From contig NC_042997.1 of assembly GCF_006345805.1 (NCBI RefSeq), forward strand, positions 98,890,001-98,954,000: DNA of 64,000 bases, given 5' to 3'. The stretch comes from Octopus sinensis. Its lineage: Eukaryota. Every line of letters starts with the position of its first letter. Position 1 is the first letter of the stretch. A program made the position numbers and the translations under genes. The notes beneath the pieces are model-generated. The model was not told where the DNA came from and did no database searches. It saw only the letters and a list, made by a program, of their open reading frames with translations. This document shows positions 52,037 through 64,000 of this stretch, piece after piece.

Positions 52037-53939
52037 ATATGACAAATTTTTAACAACGCACAATGTCTTTTGCCTTACAACTCCTTTTGTGACATTCGAA
52101 TTTGGCACCTCAAGCGTATCAAGTACAAACCTTTCTTACTAGGTGTGATCGCCGTAAAGACGGCCAAGTGACGTAATGAGATCTCGATCTGTCAATTATA
52201 GATCTGTATTCCATTCAAATTCTGAAATAATTTTAATCAATGTTGGTCGCTTCATTTCATGTATTTGCATATCGTATGTCAACATTGTCTTTATACACTA
52301 ATCATAGTGGATTAGCTTCAAGCTTTTCTTTTTTGTTTTTAATTTGCTTTTATTTCAACATTCTTGCTTCTGAAGTAGAAGTGTATATTGGCAACAATAT
52401 GTAAAAATTCTCCAAAATTGTCTTACTAAAGATACAGCTGAAATATGATATAAGTTACATAAGTATAACTGAAAGATTTATAAAGCATCAAACCGGAACA
52501 GAAACATGGCTCCCGTAATAGAGCGGATAAAAAATTCTTTAAATATATTGTTGGCGTGCAAACGAGTGTAGTGAAATATACAAAGATTTCTAGTTTTAGT
52601 CGAAAGCTATAAAATACTAAACCCATTTTGTGACACACCCATGGAATATTTTTGCGCTCGAGCTCATTATGCGCTCATGAGTATTAGATACCAAGCGAGA
52701 TATCTACAAAATGACTGGAAGAATTTCCTAGCTTTTAAAAAGTCCATAGAAATGATCTACTGCGAGCATAAAGAGCACGAAATACATATATTAATCGATA
52801 GGGACCGCTTGAAAATTACTTTCTTGTTTTACGGATTTGACCTCAAGGGAAAATTTTGGGGTGTAGCAAATCGCAGTAAAAAATTTTTACTGCTCAAATA
52901 TATTACCAAACGTATTTAAACTGATCGAATAGTTCTACAAGAATGCTTCTCGTTCCAATCATATATCTTGTTCTAACCTGTTGGCCGCTGCGAGTTTCTC
53001 TTTTGTGAGATTTCTATTGATTTCTTATAAATAAGCGAAAGATTCCCCTCATTTCGCAGCTCTCCTGCTTGACATCTAATACTGATGAAAGCATAAGGAG
53101 TTTTAAATGCACATAGTACTCCATGATGGCAAGGCGGGGTAGGATGCTCTAAAATGGCTGTAGCGCTGAACATCTTTTGCCTAAAGCAAGATTATTTTTT
53201 CATAGCAAAATGTCTAAAGCAACATTTGAACTGATCGAAAAATCTTCAAAAATTCTTAATTTGAATCTTTATGTGATACTACTTACTTTACAACAGTGTT
53301 AAAATAAAATCACTTACAAAATTGCAAAGTAAGCGGTGAATAACTAGACTAAATGGAAGTTAACCACACAGAAACTGCATCCAAAATATTCGGGAAATAT
53401 TTTAGTATATTAATATCTTAATTTCTCTTTTCAAGTTGATACATTTGTGATTGAAAATATAATTGATGTAAAACAATCAATAAAATAATTAGGAAATAGT
53501 AATAACACCAAAAGTGTGTTATTCGAGCATATATATGTTGACGTCTTTGTGCTTTTACTTTGATGTGACTGAGTTATGTCTGATGGAATATGAAGCAGTT
53601 TTGATAATAAAATCAACAAATTCAGTAAAATTTGAACCACTTAGAATTAATAAGAAGCAATGCATATAAGCATAAGATAAGAGGTGGAGTTTTACACGTG
53701 TGTAGACATTAAAAGAATGCAATCGCATACACATACAAAGACATATACAGATATATATACAAGCACATACATATGCAAACACTCATATTTATTTCCAGAC
53801 GCGCATTCATACACAGAAGCACTGTCCACACCAAAGATACATACATGCATACATACATACATACATACATACATACATACATACATACATACATACATAC
53901 ATACATACATACATACATACATACATTAAACCATAGATG

Positions 53940-54660
53940 TAACTATGATGTTCCGCTGATCTCATAAGCTTTGTTCGCATCGATCTGTTGACCATGACAG
54001 AGAAAGTTGAGCAGAGAATCTGCATGAAATTTTGCCAAAAGCTTGGTGATACCAGCTCAGAGGCCTACGCAGATTTCAAAAACGTTTCATCGTTCTCGAC
54101 ACAATTAAGAAGATCTTCTTGGTCAGCGGAAAGAAGTTTTGACACAAACTTACCAAACACGCAGCTCATACCCAAATCTTTAGTGATAATGGATTGAACT
54201 GAACTGTAACTTATCTGCACATCATCTGATAACTCACGGATGGTGATTCAACGATTTCCCATCACAGCTGCACGCACACCGGCGATGTTTTTTCTCAGTT
54301 CTGCTGGCTGCTGGCTGCTGGTCTACCACAACGTTCCTCAATATCGACAATCTTTCGGCCATCTTCCAAACGCCTGAACCTCTCGTACACTTGTGTGTGG
54401 TTCATACACTCATCTCCATACACTTTCTGCATCTTTGCGTATATTACTGAGCAGGTATCCCATAACAACTTTCACTGCCATGGTCAATGAGACGATCACA
54501 CGCTATAGGCCTTCCTTCGAAGTACTGCTGTAAACAGCAATAGTGATCTAGAACGCTAAAACTTCGTGCGCATGCACAGCAAAGTTCAAGGTCAAACTGT
54601 GACAAGCGGCTTTGCTTTATGCCAACAGTCCAGATACTAATTGATCAGACTTCATATATA
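53940..54660. mobile_element. Two convergent 5' fragments of mariner elements
   Basis: Plus strand MTEKVEQRICMKFCQKLGDT (ATG ~53994). Minus strand from a TA-flanked terminus at ~54658 reads ..KMQKVYGDECM..QVYE.FRR..GRP..TIRELSDD..NCVENDETFLK. Confidence 0.75.
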
Positions 54661-54734
54661 TATTCTAGTTTCAGATCGAGAGCTGCGGCCATGCTGGGCC
54701 ACCACCTTTTGCTTTGCTACGCTTTCACTAAACC

Positions 54735-55155
54735 TCCTATGATATGTTGCATTTGGTGAATAAGAGAGTTGATGCTGCTGACCTCATCTGCGGTATTTGC
54801 CACGAGGTAGGCTCATCCGGAACTCTTGACAGAAGATCCAGCTTTGTTGTGAAGGTACTTACGTACGCCCCATATAGGTCTCTCAGGCTTTGCGGGAAGA
54901 TATTGAAGAGTTATGGGCCCTTGAAGCCCATGCTGTTGTAGTATATGCTCTTGTATCCTAACATCAATTTTGCGATTTTTGGCACTATACAACAGCTCAC
55001 CGTTCTACTGTTTGTGCAGCTGATAATGCCAAAGTTTGTTACAAGCTCTTCTGTGTCATTTTTCGAGTATTCGGAAATAAATCTCTATCCGCGCAACATG
55101 AAGGTCAAATATATTCATCCTCATACGTCTTCCGCGCACTTGAATGTCATAATTT
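54735..55155 (-). mobile_element. CR1/L2-type LINE C-terminal fragment
   Basis: Frameshifted minus-strand reading resembles ..YYNS.GFKGP.LFNILP.SLRDL..F...LDL.LS.VPDEP..AAASNSL.HQM. Confidence 0.65.
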
Positions 55156-56220
55156 AGATTTGTTGAAAATCTTAGAAAACATTCTATTTCTTTACTTTCC
55201 CACTTATTACTTACCTATTCACATGATTTTCCTTTCTTTTTTCTCTATTTTCGTCACCTTTTTATTCGTCTTATTGTTCGTAATCTACATCTTTCGCTTC
55301 TACTAATTACTTTTCTCACATGCACATTTATCTTCACCCTATATTTTCCTTTCATTTTCTTTTTAGTATCTTTCTATATTTTTCTCTCTTTTTGCTTTTT
55401 TTGTTTTTGTTTTTCCACGCCTGTCGCATGCCTGAACAACCAATAACTCCCTGCCAATATTGTTTTCAAGGTAACTTCATTGATATATGTCAATTAATAT
55501 GTGATAAATAAGCGACAAAAACTACTACGCCATTCGTTGTAGGAGCGGGAACATAATCTCTATGTAACAAATTCAGAGGCATTTTCAATACATCGCACAC
55601 GCGCATACATACATACATACATACATACACAGACGTGTACGCACACGCGCATGCACACACACACAGACATACACATGCATACCAGTATATACAGACACTT
55701 GAGTGCAAGCCAGGGCGGGATTGAAGTATGGGCCAATGACGCTCATAGCCCAGGGGCCACATGCTTGAGAAGTCCCATGCATTACGAACCAATTTAACTA
55801 AACCTTGAAGTTGAAAATAAAAAAATATTTTACTATTAAATAAATCGTTTGTAATTTTTTACGTGTGTAAATGTTTTTAAACTATCAGAGTTCTTTTCAA
55901 ATCCTTGAGCCATAAAATTCAATTGAGTACCTTTCGATCCAACGAAACCCCTTTAAGCTTAAGTTTTTGGCTCCTTGAAACTGTTCAGGAGTCCTAGATT
56001 TACGCAGATAAGGGAGCTATATATTATCTCACTAAGTTTGTAACCTGCTATGTTTTAAGAAGTATCTCTTTAAAATAGTTTGAGTATGTTTTCTTCCGAA
56101 AACATTTTATTCTGAAACCATAGACAAAAGGTATTTGCACAAGAGTCCCAGTAACTCAGAAGAGCCCCGGTGCTAGCATATAAGTTGATGTGTGTGTGTG
56201 TTTGTATGTGTGTTTATGTG

Positions 56221-56275
<55 letters not shown>

Positions 56276-57287
56276 GTAATAACTGCTCAAGAACTAAATC
56301 TCAACTAACATGGAATGTTCTTATGTTTTGCTACGTGTTCTTTGAATCACGAAATACTTACACTATATGACTAATTTCGTGCAGAATGCTGTCAGTAACT
56401 TATCCCGATTTTCAAGCTAAAATCTTGCTGGACATTTATGAGGGAAAATTCATTAATCTAGCATATCTACTGATGATCCGGAAGGGTTTTGGACATTGTG
56501 ATAGATTCAGAAGAGCTTGCAAAACCTCTGAGTAGCTCCTGCGATTTATCCGCGAGTCAGATAATCTTCGATGCTTATTTTATTTGACATGTAATGAACA
56601 TGTAAAATATAGGCTTCGAATTTCCTCGTAAGAATTTACACTCTAACAAGTAAAACGAAGATAAAATTCTGAGAATATTTATTGGCAACCCGAAACGTAT
56701 ATATTTAGAAAATTGTTGTATAATACTAGTAGTACAGAGATAAAATCGAAACTCTAATTCTGAATTACATTCCATATATGGTATGTACGCTTAAATTAGA
56801 ACGCACTTGATTTAGCTTTATCGGTGCGTATGCAATAATTGCAATGTTCAGTTTATTGACCATCCAATTTTTCATGTTGGCTGTTAAACCCGAACATTGC
56901 TTTACAGCTAAATTAGATACTTTTTACTTTATATTATTGGTGCATAATGGTAGGAAATATTTTGCTTTATATATTTTTTGTTGTTTTTCATCAATTTTTG
57001 TTTTGTTTTGGTTTTTCATTTAACGGTACTAGTTAAAGGAGTGGAAAATGTAAATAGCTTTTGAAAATTTAATCATACAATAGAATCCCCAAAATACTAT
57101 GAAACTGGAATGAATGGATGACCAGTCTATAGAATTTAGAAACATCCTTTATGGAGTAAAAATATAATCAGCTAACCTGCATAATTCAATTTTGTATCTG
57201 CTTATTGAAAAGACGAAAAAGGAAATAGAAAAAAATTACAAATAAAGGTACCAGCCATATTCAAATATTCAATGTGTATATACATAC

Positions 57288-57342
<55 letters not shown>

Positions 57343-57403
57343 TATATATATAACATATATATACACGCATATGTATACATATGCATATATATCTAAATGC
57401 ATG

Positions 57404-57471
<68 letters not shown>

Positions 57472-58294
57472 TATATATATGCATATATACATATATATGT
57501 ATATGTTCTTATGCTTATGCATATATATATATAATATATATATACATATATATATATTTACAAGCACACGAATGTGTGTGGATATTATATTTGAAATGCT
57601 GACCGGTATTTTAGTTTTAAAATATGAATGCTTGCAAAATACATTCAAAAGCAATAAATGCTGAAGTAAATAAACACCAATGTTTGAAGTATTAAAATAG
57701 TCTGTGATAAAAAAAAAAGAATAGAAAAAGTGTGCATCATGGAAAAGTATTTTAATAACCAGTTTGGTTGAAATACGAATCGAACATGTTCTTTAAATAA
57801 ATGTGAAAACAAAAAGACGAGGTGCTGAAAAATTGAATGGATATTCTACATAGTCTTTAGAGAGGAGGATTGCTAAAGCTTATTGGGAGAGAGGAGGATT
57901 GCTAAAGCTTATATGTTCTGCAATTTCTGCAATATATAGATGTATTGTTTTATATTCGGATTTCAAATATCGCGGAGCAAGACTTTAACTTTCATCATGG
58001 TGCGGTCGATATAATAAGTTCTAAACAGTCATGGGGTAAAAACATTCTCCTCATTAGAACTGTTCCATCCCATTGCTCTTGGGAAATTCTGTCTATTAAT
58101 CCTGGGCAATTGGAAGTTTCATATATGTATACAATCATGGACTCTCCTGTCATTGACAACGCATTAGTGTTCTGCAATTTCTTGCTGAGTAACCACACAG
58201 ATTATTTTTCTGCAGTGACCAAATGTGTTTTTCTTTTTTCACGTAAGTTCACTGTCTTCGTCAAATGGACATCACTTACGCAGGTGCCACATAT

Positions 58295-58430
58295 CATATA
58301 GCGAAATTATTGCAGAGCAACGTGAAATAAAGCGTTTTGCTCAGGAGCACAGCGAAAAGACCGGTCTGGGAGCTGAAACCACGATCTCGCAAATTCGAGT
58401 CCAACATTCGGACCACTAAGCCACTGAGCA
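58295..58430 (-). mobile_element. SINE family 3 fragment
   Basis: Minus strand GCTTAGTGGT..GTTGGACTC..GATCGTGGTTTCAG..CTCCTGAGCAAAACGCTTTATTTCACGTTGCTC. Confidence 0.65.
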
Positions 58431-60312
58431 ATAGTACTGAGCAACAATAGAGATAGAAGGTGAAAGACCACATATAAAAACGTATGGACCTTAAATCTAA
58501 TGTCATTTTTTAACCACACCTCAAAATACTTTCTAGCCCTTTGAACAGTAGCAAAACACAAAACCATACACACAGAGCATGAACATACTAAAAATGCAGT
58601 ACTGCATGGTTTTGGTACTACAATTCATCTTTCGCCGATGGGATGTAAATAGATGGAATATGTAAACATCGCCGAATTAGCTAAAGAAAATGGACTTAAG
58701 TGCCTTGGGCTTTTTGTTCTGCATCCTTTGTATCGTCAGAAATACAGATCGGCAGTCTGAAACCTGTAACGTATAGCGTTAAAGCTAACCAACTGAGAAT
58801 TAAATATATAAAATAATTAAATAATTGCAGTGATCAGTTAAATCGGAGAGACTTCTCTTCTAAAGTTAGTTACCTATTGTACCTATGGTATGAATCAATG
58901 ATGTACGCATTCACAAAGCATTCGTCCTATAGTGGGATTCGAAATAGGAAGTAGAGATTTCGATAATTGTCTAAGTACTTTAAGCAACTAAGATGGAGTG
59001 ATGTAAAATAAATAAGTTTTAATAAAGTAAAATAACAAGTAGTAAAGCGGAAGAGCTTATAAGAATGCGAAAAGGAAAGCTGAGTAAACTTTATATGTTT
59101 CAATCACCAGAAGTAAACGGCTTAGGAATGTGGGTTCATGCAGATCCTACCATTTTGAATGCCGAACAGTAATTGAACCCGCTTTCCACGGTAAGACTAT
59201 TTTGGGGAAATTGTTACTCCTATCAAATTCACCGGAAGCGAAGTCACTGCCCGTTCAGCAATTGTTGGGAATCATAAAATGTGAGGGTGATGTTATTAGG
59301 GGAACGGATGAATTAATGACCAGATGTTCGCATTCTATTCGTAGAAATTTCTTACTCTTTAAACTGATTCTGTGATGTCTTCCCCGATTGCTATATATGT
59401 ATCTACAACGTAATAATATAGATCTTAATTACTAGCAATAAGATTCATGGATTATATTAAAGGTAACCTATCTTATTTTAATGTTATTAATGCATATAAC
59501 TGATGATATTTAAGCTATTTCTGCCTAACCCTGTTTTAAAAACATGTACTGAAGATTGAAATTTTATATAATTTATATTTCATATAATTTAATTTAATAC
59601 CTTTATTCAGTTTTCTAGAAGCAAATTGAATAATGGTATTAAATTAAGTGATATCCCTATAATGTTTATTTCACTTCCCTAGTTATGGCCTTTATAATTC
59701 TTTATATTCCCATAAATTCTTTTGGCATTTATGTCCTGTACAATTCGTATAATTCTCAGAAATTCTTGTAACTTTTTCTTAATATTGCCCAAGTTCTCGA
59801 GTGTATCTACTGAACTTACATGATTTTGATTGATTTGCATTATTTTCAATAATATTGTGACAATATCAATAGAAAGGCCCATAGATTTTCGTTTTTTTTC
59901 TTGGGAATATCGGTTATGTTTTTCCTTCTGTTATGTTTATTCTTTCAGCCCTTAAGTTTATTATTTTTAAATAATTGGTCTCTCTAAAGGTCCATATTTT
60001 ACTATATCTCTATGTTGACACTGATTATCGCCAAAACTACTTTTATTGGTATAGTATATACCTGTGTTAATTTATGCCTATTCTATTTCTATTAAATTTT
60101 TATAACCTGCGATAATGCCTATCTTTGTATATTAATGATTTTATTTCTCTTTTATTCCCTTCTTTTTCCATTCCTCTCCTCTGAAATTTCGCAGAGATTT
60201 TCGCTATTCTCTGCGGAAATTCAAAATCAGACGCAAAACTGGAAGAAATGCTGCTAACTATATTGCTGGTTTGCAAACGTTTCTGCCAGTCACTGCCTTC
60301 GTAATTATTGGC

Positions 60313-60500
60313 TTCAAATGTTGGCACAAGGCCAGCAATTTGTAGTAAGTGACTAAGTCCTTTACATCAACCCCAATATTTCACTGGTACTTATATTATC
60401 AACCCCGAAAGAATAAAAAGCAAAGCTGACTTGGGTAGAATTTGAACTCAGTAAGGTAAAGCATTTTATCCGAGCGATAACGATTCTGCCAGCTCGGCAT
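60313..60500 (-). mobile_element. SINE family 2 (degenerate)
   Basis: CTTCAAATGTTGGCACAAGGCCAGCAATTT..AATTTGAACTCAG..ACGATTCTGCCAGCTCG. Confidence 0.75.
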
Positions 60501-62159
60501 CTACGCAATAATCACCAAATATAAAACATAGTATTTACTGGAAGCTATTTATTTTGTTATTTAATTTTATGTATCTTAAAACAACGAGAAAGCTTCTATG
60601 GTGTCGCTAAACCAATTAAAATAGCAACCAAAAATTCTCCTTCAAATGTCTCTCTACTATGTTATCTGTAACTTGATAAAGTAAGTTAACATTATTTACT
60701 TATTTCTCTAGACTTTCTACACCTTATGTCCAAATTCACATTTCACCCTTTCTGGGTCTCGATAAAAACAATACCAATCCAAGGAGTAAATTTGGTGGAA
60801 CTTCAATTACATTGGCCTATATACCAAGCGATATTTATATCGGTTCTTTGAGTTCTGCAAGGATTACCTGCGAACGTCAGTGATGTTTAGTAGAATCGGC
60901 CTTGTTTATCTCTGGAAAACGCCCGTTGCTTGAAAGATATTTGCATATATGGGCAGTTGCAGCTTCCCATGTTATAAATTTTATTTATATCTGCGCCTTG
61001 GAGTAGAGCTCCTCCAAATAGAAAGCAAATTTCAAGTTAAATGGTCAGCTTTCAACTGGAAAAGCTTATTAAAAAATAAATTTAAAAAACGCAGCATCTT
61101 TAAAGCTAGAGTGCCGTCCATCATGGATCTACTAAATTAAAGCAGGCTTGGTGCAAACGAACATCTTTCTCTACCTTTGTTAACTTTCAATGATTCATTT
61201 GCTCTGACATTCAACTGCCTCTTCACTGAATATTTCAAGTATTCACACGTATACATTCAGTTTTATGCAGAGAAGTGGGTTGTTCTTCCATTTTGTCTTT
61301 TGTATTTCCTGAATAATAAGACCAAATATTAATTAATAAGGTTAACGAAGCCGATAAACCGATGACCTTTTAAGTCCATGTGATTACTAAAGGCAAGAAT
61401 ATAATTATTGTTTACTTTAATCATTTAGCAATTATCCGCAACTTTTATTTTTATTTCGGAAAATAATTAGTGGTCTTTGCACTACCAAAATTACATAAAC
61501 ACTTATGTGCGTGCATATGTGTGAGTGTGTATGTATGTATATATATATGTCTGTGTATGTATGTGTGTACTTATGTATGCATGTATGTATGTATGTATGT
61601 ATGTATGTATGTATGCTTCTATGTGTATATTTATGTATGCATGCATGTATGCACGTATGCGTGTATTTTTGCATGTATATACATACATATAAGTATATAC
61701 GTATAAAATTATGTGAATGCTTTTTGTGAGACAGGTGGACAGACAGACAGACAGATAGATAAATAGTTAGATAGATAGATATATACATACATACATACAT
61801 ACATACATACATACATAGATATGCATATATATCTACATGTATATGTGTATATGTACATAACCACAAATACATACATATCCATACATACATGCACACACAC
61901 ATATCCATACGTACATACATACATACATACATACATACATACATACATACATACATACATACAACATACATACATACATACTTACATACATACATACATC
62001 GTAAGTATTAACCACGCATATATTAATACATGTATATATGGCTGCACGAATAGTTCCATGTATAAATATCGCATAAGATTTCTCTTTATCCAGTTGATTT
62101 TATGATTTGGAATACTGTCGGTGTGTGTATCTCCGGTATAGAAGGAATATAAGTTGCCG

Positions 62160-62345
62160 TTGTTGTTGCCGCTATATATCGATTATCACACATGTTCTTT
62201 CTTTTTTTATTCACCACAACAATGTCCAGTTGCCGATGTCTGGCCATGTGATCGCACCGAAGCATTGTGGGTTTTCTCAAACCACGTCTTTGTTCTTTGT
62301 ATATCGCGATTTCCACAGAGCCCCCAATGGATCATTCTTGTCTCC
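62160..62345 (-). mobile_element. Short REL-endonuclease LINE fragment
   Basis: ..IHW.LC..CDH.ARHRQLDIVVVNKK..IID.A-like reading, bordered by (GTT)n. Confidence 0.55.
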
Positions 62346-62383
<38 letters not shown>

Positions 62384-62417
62384 ATTATTATTATCATTAT
62401 TATTCAGTATTATTATT

Positions 62418-63834
62418 TTTATAGCGTGCTTTCACTTCACTACCGAGCGCAGCTCTGTGTGCCTTGGGTATGTGCTGTGATTTGTTGTGATGCTCTGATG
62501 GTTATAGTATGGAAAGTGTTCTGCGTAGGATGTGTGCAGTGCCTAGTAGTGCAATTTTCTGTATGTTATATGTGTTTGTAAGTCCTTGTTATGTATTTGT
62601 TATATGTGTTTGTAAGTCCTTGTTATGTATTTGTCTGAATATTTTTTTATCATGCCTAATGCACCTACTATGATAGGAATTGTTTCTGTTTTCAGGTTCC
62701 ACATTCTAGTTAATTCAATTTCCAGGTCTTTGTATTTTGAGAGTTTCTCCATTTCTTTTAGAGACACGTTGTCATCTGCCGGTATTGATACATCAATTAG
62801 AAAGCATTTTTTTCTTCATGATCTCTGACAACTATATCTCGTCTGTTGGCCTTAATTTCTCTATCTGTGTGTATCGGCATATCCCAGAGTATGGTTGCTT
62901 TCTCGTTTTCTGTGACCTTTCCTGGTGTGTGCCTATACCATTTTTTTCTGTTGTTATTCCATAATGTTGGCATAGCTTCCAATGTATGTAGGTTCCAACT
63001 CTGTCATGTCTGTGAATATATTCCTTCTTAGCCAGGACTGGGCAGCTAGAGATAATATGATTTATTGTTTCTTGTCCATCTCCACATATTCTGCAGTTAC
63101 TTGTAATATTTCTTTTCATTACATGTTTTTGGTAATTTCTGGTGGGGAGGCTTTGGTCTTGTGCTGCAATTAAAAATCCCTCTGTTTCTGCTTTGAGTCC
63201 TGAGCTTCTCAACCATTGCTGGGATTTTTCTTTGTCTATTTCTTTTGCGTTTAGTTTAGTGCAGTATTTACCATGAAGGGGCTTTTCTTGCCATCGTTTT
63301 ATCATGGCTCGCTGCTGTTCTATTTTTAGTTTGGATTTCATTTGTTTTATAGCTTTTGTTGTTTCTTCATCATCTTCTTCTTCTTCTTTGTGTTTATTAG
63401 GTGGTATGATTTCTTGTTTGTATTTGTCAGCTTCTTTAAATACTGAGAACAGTTTTTTGTTTTGCTCGTGTTTTGCTGCTATCTGGATCAGTTTTCCTTC
63501 CTTCTGAAGTAGGTATTTTTGCAGTCCTATGGTGGTTATTTTATAGTAGTTTTCCAGCTGTATAAGGCCTCTACCACCTTCTATACGTTGTATATATAGT
63601 CTTTCTATGTCAGATTTTGGGTGATGCATCCTAGATCCTGTCAGTATTTTTCTTGTTTTCCTATCTATTTTGGACAGTTCATTTCGTGTCCAGTTAAGGA
63701 TATTGTAGCTGTAACTTATAACTGGGACAGCTAAAGTGTTGATACATATTATCTTGTTTTTAGCATTGAGCTCTGTTTTTAGTATTGATCTAACTCGTCT
63801 ATAATATTCTTTTTTTATTTTCTCTTTCATTTGT
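62418..63834 (-). mobile_element. R4/Dong-type non-LTR retrotransposon, 5'-truncated, inserted in (TAA)n
   Basis: ORF 62832-63830 contains the post-RT region, zinc knuckle CRICGDGQETINHIISSC and RHD motif, then after frameshifts ..DIVV..LIDVSIP..KY.DL..IIVGALG (PD-(D/E)xK). (TAA)n lies 5' (63835-63912) and (AAT)n/(AAC)n 3'. A 34-bp tandem duplication is at ~62566-62633. Confidence 0.9.
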
Positions 63835-63914
<80 letters not shown>

Positions 63915-64000
63915 AACAACTCCTCCTTGGCGTAGGCGGAGGTATTGTCTTCAGTCGTGTTTGTTTCTTTGTCCGCGGACAACATATCTCAAAAATCGCT
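63915..64000 (+). mobile_element. Start of a Helentron-associated (HINE/DINE-1-like) non-autonomous element, cut by the window edge
   Basis: Subterminal hairpin CTCCTCC-TTGGCGTA-GGCGGAG followed by GTATTGTCTTCAGTCGTGTTTGTTT..TATCTCAAAAA. Confidence 0.45.

Noticed and set aside
55690-55915. CAGGGCGGGATT start resembling a hAT-type MITE
   Set aside because: No matching second TIR or target-site duplication found.
57859-57912. 25-bp tandem duplication AGAGAGGAGGATTGCTAAAGCTTAT
   Set aside because: Only two copies; an ordinary local duplication, not a CRISPR-like array.
59112-59190. AG/GT-bounded open frame SKRLRNVGSCRSYHFECRTVIEPAFH
   Set aside because: No homology recognised; such short frames are expected by chance.

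Overview
AT-rich, repeat-saturated animal genomic DNA. The SINE, LINE and microsatellite content looks cephalopod/Octopus-like; this is inferred from repeat motifs, not from a database search. Almost all ORFs in the supplied track are microsatellite artefacts. Only one host coding exon is well supported: a minus-strand exon (CDS 1872-1667) with a NAGNAG acceptor and GTAAGT donor. It encodes a signal peptide plus the N-terminus of a GH114 (endo-alpha-1,4-polygalactosaminidase-like) glycoside hydrolase, a family known mainly from bacteria and fungi, so it is a candidate intronised horizontal transfer; the rest of the gene runs off the left edge. The most distinctive non-coding system is a set of Penelope-like foldback elements anchored in (TA)n microsatellites. 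They belong to three clear sequence families plus one degenerate relic, and carry minimal type I hammerhead ribozymes with palindromic stem III (intact at 3849-3939, 4297-4386, 26483-26572, 27055-27145 and 47396-47453; mutated at 11813-11864 and 32691-32732). Other oddities: a 28S rRNA fragment captured inside a SINE with a deletion starting at the R2 target site, and a ~320-bp tandem array of tRNA-like units. Also present: a full-length degenerate mariner, mariner MITEs, a pogo-like relic with reiterated termini, RTE/CR1/R4-Dong-type LINE fragments, non-autonomous Helitrons and three SINE families.
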